From an uncultured archaeon (GTDB lineage: Archaea > Asgardarchaeota > Thorarchaeia > Thorarchaeales > Thorarchaeaceae), in the NCBI GenBank assembly GCA_964458565.1, contig CAYWJO010000003.1, positions 32,001-96,000 on the forward strand: DNA of 64,000 nt, in the 5' to 3' direction. The position numbers were made by a program, and so were the translations under genes. Positions 9,500-19,466 of this stretch are shown piece by piece (the first letter of the stretch is position 1; every line of letters starts with the position of its first letter). The notes beneath the pieces were generated by a model. It saw only the letters and a list, made by a program, of their open reading frames with translations. It had not been told where the DNA came from and searched no databases.

Positions 9500-11207
9500 C
9501 TATACCATCACTCCATTGAAGAATCTCACTAGTAGAAGGCCAAATATCCTCCTGCCGTAGGAATGGCTTTGAAGAATCTATGGTAAGAATATCATGTACG
9601 AATAGACCCATCTCAGCTATAGATTGAATGAGTCTCTTTCTCCAAATAGAATGTGCTGATACAACAGCATGAGAAGCTGAATCGGTATGGAAGATTGTAG
9701 CTTCAATAACGTTATCCACCAAAACCTGTAGAATTTCATCTCTTGTCCCTTTGACATAGAGATTTGGAGATATACCAAGATGACTGAAGTTTGGAAGAAG
9801 AAGGATTGCTTTACGTTCAGCAAGAGACCTAACAATACCAGGTGACCCGATGAGAGTGTTTGATAATATTTCTAATTTACCCTCTAGCAATCGTTCCATC
9901 ACAGCAGACTCAGATTTTGAGAGTTGAACATCTTCGAATTCAATACTAGCTTCATAAGTACGAGTGTTCGGCTTTTGTTTTCCGAATAAATTCAAAACCC
10001 AAGCTTGTATCGATTTACCGTGAGAGATTAGACCAGCAGACTTTGGGAAAATATCTGAAACATCAAGCCAATAGTCTATGGATGTTAGTGGCTCCATATT
10101 TTCTTCCATTAATTCGAAATTGATTATTTTATTTCCCTGTAGCAATTTCACATTGAGCCAGTTAGATGGATTGGGTTCATTAACGATTGTTGCAGATAAA
10201 GTGATTCCAAGAGGGGAGGGATTAACAATAGCTCTAGGAGCTAGATGAATCTTGTTAAGAAGGTGTTTCTTCTTTGACAGTTTATTAGTATTAGAGAGGG
10301 TTTCACAGAATCGGTTGATGAGATGATAGTCATCTTGAACCACTGAAACTTCCAGAGTATTGTGTATAATATCTAGAGCTTTATTCCAAGTATCTATCCC
10401 AGAATCAAGAGAGCCTTCGCTTACAAGATCTAACAACCTTCTAAAACCAGTACCCTCGTACGTTTCTGAGTGGACAACAAAATGGTTCAAAATGGGTATA
10501 AAATCGGGTTTACTAGAATCCCTCCAATTATGGGCCCATTCAATTTTCATTTTTTCATCTTTCAATTGTGCATAAGCAAAACCATTAGCTACACATTGAA
10601 TGAACTCATGAAGGCTTCGTTGTGACTGAGAAGTTTTTTCATTTATATGCACAAGAAATGCTGTACGATTGAGTAATCCATTAGACAACCCACTTCTAAG
10701 TGAGCTTTCCTCAAAGATTATTGTCCCATCCTCATCTAGCTCCATCCCAAAATGTTGACTGTTGCTATCAAGTTTCTGTCGGGTAACATAGATTTCAGGA
10801 AAAGGGGGTTCAGAAATGCCCAACATTCGAGCGGATCTACGAAGTACCTTACTCAGACTTGTCCTTAGCTCTTCAGTAGCCTCCATTCTCAATTCTTCAG
10901 GTGTTGGTGGTTTTTCTTTCTCAAATTTACTCAATAGACGGGATGTTTTTCTTAACTTGGCATATGTTTGATGATCAATGTTCTCCCCCACAATCAATAC
11001 ACCAGATTGAATGAAGAAATACACTCTAACTCGATCTCGACTAATTACTGCAACAATATAAGAAATACCGCTGATTTTTTTGAAGAGTTTCCTAATTGTT
11101 GAAGCCTTAACACGCAGGACTTCGACTAGTTCAGCTCCAGTTTCATTGAACTGGCGCTCTCCAAATGCGGCAATCTCCTTAGGTATAGCTCGAGAACTTT
11201 TTGACAT
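9489..11207 (-). CDS. Hypothetical protein (572 aa)
   Basis: Long ORF with no motif I recognise confidently. Confidence 0.7.
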   Translation of the reverse strand: MSKSSRAIPKEIAAFGERQFNETGAELVEVLRVKASTIRKLFKKISGISYIVAVISRDRVRVYFFIQSGVLIVGENIDHQTYAKLRKTSRLLSKFEKEKPPTPEELRMEATEELRTSLSKVLRRSARMLGISEPPFPEIYVTRQKLDSNSQHFGMELDEDGTIIFEESSLRSGLSNGLLNRTAFLVHINEKTSQSQRSLHEFIQCVANGFAYAQLKDEKMKIEWAHNWRDSSKPDFIPILNHFVVHSETYEGTGFRRLLDLVSEGSLDSGIDTWNKALDIIHNTLEVSVVQDDYHLINRFCETLSNTNKLSKKKHLLNKIHLAPRAIVNPSPLGITLSATIVNEPNPSNWLNVKLLQGNKIINFELMEENMEPLTSIDYWLDVSDIFPKSAGLISHGKSIQAWVLNLFGKQKPNTRTYEASIEFEDVQLSKSESAVMERLLEGKLEILSNTLIGSPGIVRSLAERKAILLLPNFSHLGISPNLYVKGTRDEILQVLVDNVIEATIFHTDSASHAVVSAHSIWRKRLIQSIAEMGLFVHDILTIDSSKPFLRQEDIWPSTSEILQWSDGIVTQ

Positions 11208-11287
11208 TCAATTCGCCCGTCGTCGCTCCGTATTTTCCCTGAATAAACCTTGGGGAGAACAGTAGAAGTCATCACGAATTCAATACT

Positions 11288-11749
11288 TCAAGCAGGTACT
11301 TCATCATAGGTGGGTAAAAGAATATCGCGAATTGGAGAAGTATTCATTACCACATCAAGGACCTCGTCTTCTTTCATCAACATGCAACCCAAGAATTCAT
11401 ACTCAAATTTATCTAGGCGGATGTTGACACCACGTCTGGGGACCTGGGTTAAGAGTAGTACAATTTTAAATTCCCCACGAGGTAATTGATTCAGAATACC
11501 TCGCTTCATATCAGGCTCGAGCTCATCTTCCAGCTGCCGGGTCATCACACCACGTTCCATGAAATTATACCTAATTCGTTCAAAATCACCACTCGCACTC
11601 TTCTTGGGTCGAATGAAGGAAATTGAATATCCTAATCTTTTTAGAGAATTATAACCAATCATGGTCCTGAATAGTGGTGGACTTAGGATATCTAACTCAA
11701 CTTTCCTGAGTTCAACGATATCACCATTTCGTCTTACTTTGAGGTTCAC
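11288..11749 (-). CDS. Hypothetical protein
   Basis: 153-aa ORF co-oriented with its neighbours. Confidence 0.65.
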   Translation of the reverse strand: MNLKVRRNGDIVELRKVELDILSPPLFRTMIGYNSLKRLGYSISFIRPKKSASGDFERIRYNFMERGVMTRQLEDELEPDMKRGILNQLPRGEFKIVLLLTQVPRRGVNIRLDKFEYEFLGCMLMKEDEVLDVVMNTSPIRDILLPTYDEVPA

Positions 11750-11817
11750 TTGCTACACTTCCATATGATGGTCCCACAGAAAATGTTTCTCGTTACCGTG
11801 AAAAGGCTTCTAGAAAA

Positions 11818-12321
11818 TCAATCCGCGATTGCGCCCTCTCTTTTAAGAAAAGCAATCTTTACATCAATTCCAGGACCATATCCACCAAGCCCAGATGCAG
11901 ACACAACTCTATGACAAGGAATCACTGGTGCAAGTCGGTTCTTTGCCATTACGTTGCCAACAAATCTAGCGGCATTGGGAAAACCAGCCTTTCTTGCGAG
12001 TTCTCCATAGGAGATTGTGGTCCCCTTCGGAATTTTCATAGCAGTTTTCATAACACGCAGCTGCTTCTCGCTCATATCAGAAAGATCCAATGCAATAGAC
12101 TGAATATCTGTATCTTCTTGACCAATATAGATTTGATACACCTTCTCAAGTATAGAGATATCATGAAAATTTGATGATAATGGTAAGTCAGAACCACCTA
12201 TGTTGGAAATAACAGCAGATTTCGAAGCTCCAGGGAGTGCTGTAGAATACAGACCCTTCTCTGTAAAAACACCAGCAACAAATTGCCCATTTCTTTCAAT
12301 TATAGCAAGTCGTTTTTTCAA
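11818..12321 (-). CDS. ogt: Methylated-DNA--protein-cysteine methyltransferase
   Basis: IPKGTTISYGELA, AARFVG and active-site PCHRVV. Confidence 0.93.
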   Translation of the reverse strand: MKKRLAIIERNGQFVAGVFTEKGLYSTALPGASKSAVISNIGGSDLPLSSNFHDISILEKVYQIYIGQEDTDIQSIALDLSDMSEKQLRVMKTAMKIPKGTTISYGELARKAGFPNAARFVGNVMAKNRLAPVIPCHRVVSASGLGGYGPGIDVKIAFLKREGAIAD

Positions 12322-12325
12322 AATC

Positions 12326-13198
12326 TTAACAACACCTTTTAATTACGAAGGCAAGGATTGAACTAAGTTCAGCGTCACTCTTCTTTGATCCAGCTTGAGA
12401 CCAGCCACCATCTTTGTTTTGATTTTGGGCAATCAACCCCAATCCTTGGTTTAGAACTTCTACTTCCTTATCAGATTGAGGTTTTCCCACTGCAGTTAAA
12501 TCCACCATGTCGAGATACGAATTGGCATCAATAGATTCCTTAAGATGATGGAATAAAGCGGCTCTCCCATTTACGTAAACCTTCTTGTCTAAATCAACGC
12601 CTGCAGCTCTTAAGGCAGGGAGTATGTTCCCGGTTGCGAGAGGATCAGAAATTTGCTGATCCTTATAATCAGGCCAGTGACCATCTTCATGCTGAGAGTA
12701 GAGGAGAAAATCTCGCGCACGCCAAATTCTTGATTCATCTTCATACTTTGCCAAACACAGGGCTTCAAGTGCTTTCCCAGTAAGCCATGTCACGCTTTTA
12801 CCAACAGGATACCAATCCCGCCCAGTGGTTCCACCCCACTTATCCTCTATATATGGGTCAACATTCAATGCCTCAGCGAATCCACCATCTGCTTTTTGTC
12901 TGGATATAAGGAACATTATCATTTTTTCAACAAAATCCGGTTTGGTCTCTTTCAGGGTAATTATTAGGGGAAGAAGCTCTGATGTGTCTTTTACAGAACT
13001 GGGATTTCCTTGTGTGAGATTGAATGGAACTCCACCATCTGGATTGAGTAAAGTTGCTAATTCCTTTAGTACAGCCTCTGTTTCTTTCTTGGCTCCATTA
13101 TATCCTGCAGAAATTAATCGAAGCCTGCCAGCAATATCACCATTCTCCATCACAAAACTCTCGATGTCATAATTCAGACTAATCTTTTCCACATCCAC
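12326..13198 (-). CDS. Prenyltransferase/squalene-oxidase repeat protein
   Basis: Repeated QxxDGGW-type motifs (LNPDGG, QKADGGF, QHEDGHW, QNKDGGW). Confidence 0.75.
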   Translation of the reverse strand: MDVEKISLNYDIESFVMENGDIAGRLRLISAGYNGAKKETEAVLKELATLLNPDGGVPFNLTQGNPSSVKDTSELLPLIITLKETKPDFVEKMIMFLISRQKADGGFAEALNVDPYIEDKWGGTTGRDWYPVGKSVTWLTGKALEALCLAKYEDESRIWRARDFLLYSQHEDGHWPDYKDQQISDPLATGNILPALRAAGVDLDKKVYVNGRAALFHHLKESIDANSYLDMVDLTAVGKPQSDKEVEVLNQGLGLIAQNQNKDGGWSQAGSKKSDAELSSILAFVIKRCC

Positions 13199-13323
13199 AT
13201 TTCATCCTTCCAGATTCAGTTAATTGTCCATTTGGACTTGGTATCTACGAAGAAAACAATGCAATTTTAGCCCCGACTTTACATTATTACATAATGTCAA
13301 CTGAGGACTTAAAGCTTGTTCCA

Positions 13324-13587
13324 TCAATCCTCAGACTCATAATATTCAAGGATAGCCTTCTGACGTTCCCGTTTCTCATCCTCGGTAAGCTCATCATATT
13401 TTTTGCTATCATCTTCAACTACAACAATCTTTTCTCGAGGCGAGTGTTTGATTCTGTATTCAACTTTATACTCAGGATCGGTTGAAGCTCTTTTTTCATA
13501 ACCACATTCTCTACAGACTAGTTTTGGTTTCTTGCCTTGTTCGCGTTTTGGAAGCATTAAGGCACCACATTTTTCGCAGAACTCCAA
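13324..13587 (-). CDS. TFS/RpoM-like protein with only the N-terminal Zn ribbon
   Basis: FCEKCGALMLPK...LVCRECGYEK; likely TTG start at 13587. The longer track ORF to 13845 overlaps the opposite gene. Confidence 0.75.
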   Translation of the reverse strand: MEFCEKCGALMLPKREQGKKPKLVCRECGYEKRASTDPEYKVEYRIKHSPREKIVVVEDDSKKYDELTEDEKRERQKAILEYYESED

Positions 13588-13725
13588 TTTAATACCACCC
13601 TGAGCTGTTACAGTCTTCGGTTGCGCGTATGATTCTAATTTAAGGTTGACGATAGCGCATTCTGAACCTAAAGAAAGATTTATTGCGCACTGGTTAAGGC
13701 CGCAGGTCAATTGGATGGTTACAGT

Positions 13726-15057
13726 ATGGTACGTATCATTCCGTTTCGCGCTTACAGGTACAATAAGGATAAGGTGGGAGAGGTCTCGAAAGTTGTTGCA
13801 CCTCCTTATGATATCATAAAAGGGAAAAAAGTTGATAATTTTCAATCAAGATCCAAATACAATATAGCATGGATCATCAAGAATAAACCAACTGACGATG
13901 ACAGCCCTACAGATAATCAATATACTAGAGCCAAAAATCTACTGAATACTTGGATAGATGAGAATGCACTTGTACAGGATGAGAATGAGTCATTCTATGT
14001 GTACGGTCAAAACTTCATAATTGATGGCAAGGAATTATTCCGTTTTGGTTTCATCGGATTAATAGAACTAGAAGAATTTGCGACAGGCATTGAGCAGAAA
14101 GATACCTTTACGGGAGTTCTGCAACACGAAGAAACTCTTCCTAAAGACATTCAGGACCGTCTGAATTTATGCCGACAGTGCATGGCGCAGTTTGGTCAGA
14201 TCTTTGTTATATATCCTGATGCGGAAGGAGAAGTAGATACAATACTTCAAGGTAATATGAATAAGAAATCAATAATTGATGTGACAGATGATGATGGCGT
14301 TCGTCACAGAATCTGGGCAATTGATGATGAGATTGATACAAAAAAGATTACTGACGCAATGCTAAGTAAATATGTCATTATCGCAGATGGCCATCATAGA
14401 TACAAGACAGCATTAGCACTACAGGAGGAAAATCCTGAATTAGAGAGAGCAAGATATCGAATGTTGACTTTTGTCAACATCAAAAACAGTGGGCTCGTAG
14501 TTCTTCCAACACATAGATTGGTTCAGAATATTGACAAATTCTCACCGAAAATGGTACTTGAGGGAGTGAGTAAATACTTTGATGTCTTACACTATTCATC
14601 AGAGGATGAAATGTTCAAACAGATGAACATTTGTTATCAAAAGGGTGAACATGCATTTGGGCTTTTCATGAATGATGATACTTACTATGTATTGATACTA
14701 AAAGATGTTGACATAATCCACAAATTAATTCCAGAAAAATCGAAGGAACTAAGACAGCTTGATGTTACTATCCTTCATTCATTAATTCTGGACAAAGTTC
14801 TCGGAATTGATAAGGAGAAACTTGCTCAGGGAACAATGAGCGGAGGAGGATATGTTATTTACATTAAAGGAATAGGAGATGCTGTAGAAGAGGCTATCAA
14901 TTCGGTAAAAAATGATGCACAAGCCGTATTTTTCATGAATCCAACACGAGTTGAAGAAGTAGAAGCAGTATCAAACAATTTTGAGTGTATGCCTCAAAAA
15001 AGTACGTTCTTCCACCCAAAGATTTGGAGTGGATTTACCATTAATAAATTAAAGTAG
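13726..15057 (+). CDS. DUF1015 family protein (ParB/Srx-like motif)
   Basis: VVAPPYD, HEET, IADGHHRY, PTHR and MPQKSTFFHPK motifs; directly upstream of serC. Confidence 0.85.
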   Translation: MVRIIPFRAYRYNKDKVGEVSKVVAPPYDIIKGKKVDNFQSRSKYNIAWIIKNKPTDDDSPTDNQYTRAKNLLNTWIDENALVQDENESFYVYGQNFIIDGKELFRFGFIGLIELEEFATGIEQKDTFTGVLQHEETLPKDIQDRLNLCRQCMAQFGQIFVIYPDAEGEVDTILQGNMNKKSIIDVTDDDGVRHRIWAIDDEIDTKKITDAMLSKYVIIADGHHRYKTALALQEENPELERARYRMLTFVNIKNSGLVVLPTHRLVQNIDKFSPKMVLEGVSKYFDVLHYSSEDEMFKQMNICYQKGEHAFGLFMNDDTYYVLILKDVDIIHKLIPEKSKELRQLDVTILHSLILDKVLGIDKEKLAQGTMSGGGYVIYIKGIGDAVEEAINSVKNDAQAVFFMNPTRVEEVEAVSNNFECMPQKSTFFHPKIWSGFTINKLK

Positions 15058-15061
15058 ATAG

Positions 15062-16156
15062 GTGACTAATATGACAAAAAGAGTGTACAATTTCTATCCG
15101 GGACCAGCAACTCTGCCTCTTCCTGTTTTGGAAAAAGCTAGAGATGAGTTCTTGGATTTTATGGGAACTGGAATATCTGTCGTTGAGATTTCTCACAGAA
15201 CAAAGGAATGGCAGTCCGTAATGGATGATGCAACAAATTTAGTTCACGAAATGATGAAGTTACCCACTGAATACAAAATATTATGGTTGATGGGAGGAGC
15301 TTCAACACAATTTTACATGGTTCCAGCAAATATCTCAGTTAAGGGAAAACCAATGGAATATGTGGATACAGGTACATGGTCAACTAATGCTATCAAAGAA
15401 GCAAAGCTTTATGGTGATGTCAAAGTTGTGGCGAGCTCTAAGGAAGATAATTTTAGTTTCATCCCGAAAGATATTCGATTCAGTGAAGATGCAGCATATG
15501 CACACATAACTGGAAATAACACGATTTACGGAACCGAATATCACGAATGGCCAAAAGTACCTGAAGATGTCCCACTTGTAGTCGACATGTCGTCGAATTT
15601 AATGGATCGTGTAATTGACAATACACAATTCGGAGTAATTTATGCAGGTGCTCAGAAAAATCTTGGTCCAGCTGGTGTCACGTTGGTTGCAGTAAGAGAA
15701 GATTTACTAAAACGTATACCTGAAAACATACCTACTATGATGAAGTGGACAACTCACGTTCAAAAAGGTTCGATGTTCAACACACCATCGGTATTTGCAA
15801 TATATATCAGTAAACTCTCATTGGAGTATTTGAAGGAAACTGGAGGAGTACCTGCTATGGAGAAGAAAAATAGAGAGAAAGCCAAACTTCTCTATGATAC
15901 CATAGATAATTCAAATGGCTTCTATAAAGGGCATGCAAGAAAAGACTCCAGGTCTCTGATGAATGTCACTTTTACCATGCCATCCCCAGAGCTTGAAGAC
16001 AAGTGTGTTGAAGAAGCCCTAAAAAGGAACCTTGTTGGACTCAAAGGTCACAGATCTGTGGGAGGCATGAGAGCCTCTTTATACAATGCGATGTCTTTGG
16101 ATGGTGTCAAAGAATTGACTAAGTTCTTGACCGAGTTCAGGGAAGAACATCAATAG
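15062..16156 (+). CDS. serC: Phosphoserine aminotransferase
   Basis: NFYPGPATLP, DMSS, PLP lysine in AGAQKNLGPAG, GHRSVGGMRASLYNA. Confidence 0.95.
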   Translation: MTNMTKRVYNFYPGPATLPLPVLEKARDEFLDFMGTGISVVEISHRTKEWQSVMDDATNLVHEMMKLPTEYKILWLMGGASTQFYMVPANISVKGKPMEYVDTGTWSTNAIKEAKLYGDVKVVASSKEDNFSFIPKDIRFSEDAAYAHITGNNTIYGTEYHEWPKVPEDVPLVVDMSSNLMDRVIDNTQFGVIYAGAQKNLGPAGVTLVAVREDLLKRIPENIPTMMKWTTHVQKGSMFNTPSVFAIYISKLSLEYLKETGGVPAMEKKNREKAKLLYDTIDNSNGFYKGHARKDSRSLMNVTFTMPSPELEDKCVEEALKRNLVGLKGHRSVGGMRASLYNAMSLDGVKELTKFLTEFREEHQ

Positions 16157-16164
16157 AAACATCT

Positions 16165-16186
16165 TGAGGAGCGGGATGGCTCCTCA
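16165..16186. terminator. Hairpin between convergent genes
   Basis: TGAGGAGC-gggatg-GCTCCTCA perfect 8-bp stem followed by T-rich sequence. Confidence 0.5.
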
Positions 16187-16537
16187 TTTCTTTGTTTTAC
16201 GTTTCTTAGAAAATTTATCTACTGATGCTTGCATCTCACGCTCCAACTGTGGAAGTGATGAGTCATCTATGACTCCACGATATGTGCGATGCATAGAATT
16301 ATCCTGAACAGTAACATCAACATTACGCATTCCATGTTCTTCGAAAAATGATTTGAGAGCAGAAGCTATTGGAATCAAGACACCACCAGGCAATCTTCGA
16401 GCCAGATATTCGGGGCAACAGGAAACATCAAGAGATACTATTGTATTTTCAAAATCTACAAAGATTTCTACGGAGATTTTCTTTCTTGATGTTAGACCTT
16501 GTTTCATGGTAAGGTCAAATGCGCCCAATTGTTTCAA
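16184..16537 (-). CDS. Hypothetical protein
   Basis: 117-aa ORF with an SCC motif and basic C-terminus. Confidence 0.6.
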   Translation of the reverse strand: MKQLGAFDLTMKQGLTSRKKISVEIFVDFENTIVSLDVSCCPEYLARRLPGGVLIPIASALKSFFEEHGMRNVDVTVQDNSMHRTYRGVIDDSSLPQLEREMQASVDKFSKKRKTKK

Positions 16538-16597
16538 GATAACTCACTCTTTGCTGTGCAATTACAACAGAAAAACCTTGTCAGCAGGGTATTCGTT

Positions 16598-16634
16598 AAA
16601 AAAAAAGAGATGAGGGGTATAAAAATCCCCTCAT
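16598..16634 (-). terminator. Hairpin plus T-tract after the second S8 gene
   Basis: ATGAGGGG...CCCCTCAT stem (16610-16634) followed on the minus strand by a T9 run. Confidence 0.55.
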
Positions 16635-19378
16635 GATCTTCTTCGATTTACACAGACTGCAAGAATAATGATACTCAATACTATCATTAACAAAGCTGCA
16701 AGTAACAAATAATCCGGACCTTCAGATATAGTACCTGTAGTCGACGTTTCAGTCGTTGACGAAGTACTGCTTGTAGATGTGTGAGGTAGGGTTGATGGTG
16801 CTGTTGTGGTTATGACGGTCGTTGTTGTTGTCCCCGATGGAGTTGTTTCACTTGGAGTACTTGTTGATGTTGTGCCAGAAGGCGTAGTAGATGTTACTAA
16901 TGCCGCAACAGTATAGTTGTATTCATCACTATAATTGGAATTTCCTAAAGTATCATTTGCAAAGAATTTGTAATGAATCACAGTACCTGCAGGATGATCA
17001 GGGATAATTCCAATGTACACATCATCTGAAACGATGTACAATGTACTCGTATTGAACCAACCTGTAGTGTTCATGAATGACAAAAGCACTGTATCAATCC
17101 CAGAGGGATCGTTAACTGTGATGTTAACTAATACAATGAATCTATCAAACGGAACTGCAGGATCAGTTATCGGAATTCCAAAAGTGGGACCTGATGTATC
17201 AAGAAGAATGTCTTCATAAGCAGCGGTGACATTGAGTTTGCCATAACCCCAGATATTGTTAGGAACATTACCTGTAAAGGCGTCATTATTAGATGTGCGG
17301 GTTATGATGTCCATCATCTGAGAACCTGATGTAGGATCATATTGTAGCAATAATGCAGCAGCTCCAGCTACATGCGGACCAGAAGCGCTTGTACCACTAA
17401 AAAGTCGATACCCCCCAAATTTTCTTGTGAAATCTAAGAGGTCCTCAGCATTGAACCATGACTCCCAGACGGAGGCATTTGTATAATCGGAAATAATATC
17501 ATATCCTCCAGGAGCACTAATACTCAATTTGGGACTTTCGTCGATTCTGGGACCTCTTGATGAAAAGCCTGCTATATCGTAAAGAGTGTCTGGACCGTTC
17601 CAAATTGAGTGCAGAAGATCTCTGGTTCGATAGCTAGCAACACTAATTGCCTGAGTTGCAGTTGAAGGCCATGTTATTTCATAATCATCTGAAACGTCCG
17701 TTTTCCAGATAGCGCCACCAGTCCATGAACTTTTATCATCTGAAATATATGCATGGAAAGTTGTTGGAAGAGGACTGGTCACATCTACTGAGTACCACGG
17801 AGCTACCACTGTTTGTGGCAATGTCCCACTTATGCGAATTGCAAGCATACTCGTACTGCTATTGGAAATAGATGTAAATGATTCAACAAGTATTCCTCCA
17901 CCCACCCATATTATCATAGGCTCGACAAACCAATTCCACATTCCTATTCCTGGATGGAGATAGACAGTTTGAATGGGACCAGCAAGCCACAGAGTCACAC
18001 TGAAATTGCACGATTGGAAATCCGTATCATTGATTGATAATATGGTGATGTAAACGGTTTCAATATCCTCTACAATGTATTCTCCTTCTGCCGGTGGACC
18101 TCCGGGTGGAGGTATACTAAAGTCAACGCTATATTGGGAATCTGCGATTGTGTTGAACAATGCATGTTTGTCCTTGCCACCAAGATTACCGCTTGGTGCA
18201 ATAACAGGAATCCCTTGGGCCACAATCCAGTCAATCAACACCTCAGTACTTGAGCTTCCATCAAGAAATTGGTATGTCCAAGAACCAATCTCAACAAGGA
18301 TGACGCCTGCACCGTAATTGTAAGCCCATAGAAGACCTTCTTGAACAGTCAGATACGAACCCGGTTGACCTAGAACTTTTATCATCATCAATTCTGCACC
18401 CGGAGCAACGCCAACATATTTACGATGGCCTAGCTGACCACCAAGTAAGATACCTGAAACTGCTGTTCCATGACCATCAGTATCTTCATGAGTGCATATT
18501 GTGAAATTCTGGCTACGCTCCCAAACAGTCAATGTTCCAGTTATCTTTTCTACAATATAACGTGTCTTCGGAGTTGATAAGCGAATAACAGTTTCATTCA
18601 CATCTAATGCATCATTCTGATTAGTATCATTGACTACGAAAAATGGTTCACCTATGTCGGGAATGCCATTAAGATTAACAGACTCGGTCCATATCCAGTC
18701 AAGAGAAGCATTGAAAGTACCATCCTGATCCATATCAATGAAAGTCACCATTTCATCACTAGTTGAGGCATGATCACCATTCAAGTCAATATAATCAGTG
18801 ATATTTTCTAATATCTCATCGCCATCATCGGTCCAGTTATAAGAAGGACCATCAGCAAACCAAAGGTCTGGATGAGTCCAATCTACACCAGAATCAAGGT
18901 CAGCGATTAATAATCCCTCACCAGTTAATGGTTTTCCTATTGTATCTAATTGATTCTGGACATAGTCAGCATCGATTTCTGGAATCGATACGTCTCTTGG
19001 TGATTCAAGATGTTCCGCAGATGTCTGTGGGCTGATTGCATCCAAGACTCCTGCCTTGAGAAGTTCATCCAACCCATCAGGAGAACCACGGAGTAAGTAG
19101 TAGTCACCAAAGTTGCTGTCTGATGCTGAACCAAAACTAAACTCAATTTCTAGCGAGTTTAAGATATTGAGAATGTTATAGTCAAGTGGTGTAGAGAATT
19201 TAACAACAACCGGAATCTCATCGCCAAATTGCTCTGTTAATGAATGGAAATTGATATTGGTAATGGGTTTATTTCGCATTTCATCAACTATTCGATCATC
19301 ACCATTTTCATCTATTGGATATACTGGAATGAATATCAATACTAGAATCAGTAGCGTGCATGCTAAGGATTTTCTCAC
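16631..19378 (-). CDS. S8 subtilisin-like serine protease, membrane-anchored, with Thr/Ser-rich stalk
   Basis: Signal peptide; LDSGV, HGTAV, GTSASGPHVAG; Thr-rich linker; C-terminal TM plus RRRS. Confidence 0.88.
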   Translation of the reverse strand: MRKSLACTLLILVLIFIPVYPIDENGDDRIVDEMRNKPITNINFHSLTEQFGDEIPVVVKFSTPLDYNILNILNSLEIEFSFGSASDSNFGDYYLLRGSPDGLDELLKAGVLDAISPQTSAEHLESPRDVSIPEIDADYVQNQLDTIGKPLTGEGLLIADLDSGVDWTHPDLWFADGPSYNWTDDGDEILENITDYIDLNGDHASTSDEMVTFIDMDQDGTFNASLDWIWTESVNLNGIPDIGEPFFVVNDTNQNDALDVNETVIRLSTPKTRYIVEKITGTLTVWERSQNFTICTHEDTDGHGTAVSGILLGGQLGHRKYVGVAPGAELMMIKVLGQPGSYLTVQEGLLWAYNYGAGVILVEIGSWTYQFLDGSSSTEVLIDWIVAQGIPVIAPSGNLGGKDKHALFNTIADSQYSVDFSIPPPGGPPAEGEYIVEDIETVYITILSINDTDFQSCNFSVTLWLAGPIQTVYLHPGIGMWNWFVEPMIIWVGGGILVESFTSISNSSTSMLAIRISGTLPQTVVAPWYSVDVTSPLPTTFHAYISDDKSSWTGGAIWKTDVSDDYEITWPSTATQAISVASYRTRDLLHSIWNGPDTLYDIAGFSSRGPRIDESPKLSISAPGGYDIISDYTNASVWESWFNAEDLLDFTRKFGGYRLFSGTSASGPHVAGAAALLLQYDPTSGSQMMDIITRTSNNDAFTGNVPNNIWGYGKLNVTAAYEDILLDTSGPTFGIPITDPAVPFDRFIVLVNITVNDPSGIDTVLLSFMNTTGWFNTSTLYIVSDDVYIGIIPDHPAGTVIHYKFFANDTLGNSNYSDEYNYTVAALVTSTTPSGTTSTSTPSETTPSGTTTTTVITTTAPSTLPHTSTSSTSSTTETSTTGTISEGPDYLLLAALLMIVLSIIILAVCVNRRRS

Positions 19379-19466
19379 TTCAATCTCCTCCTAATCGATA
19401 GGTGCGAACCGAGTCATAGACCCTAACGATTATTGACATATAATATCTGCATTTTATCTTTATAAC

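Noticed and set aside
13588-13845. N-terminal extensions in the ORF track (also 35831, 38197, 52524, 52759)
   Set aside because: They overlap neighbouring genes or precede the homologous start; shorter starts fit RBS positions and paralogue lengths
16735-16900. Thr/Ser-rich low-complexity tract (also 21650-21790)
   Set aside because: Ordinary linker of archaeal surface proteins
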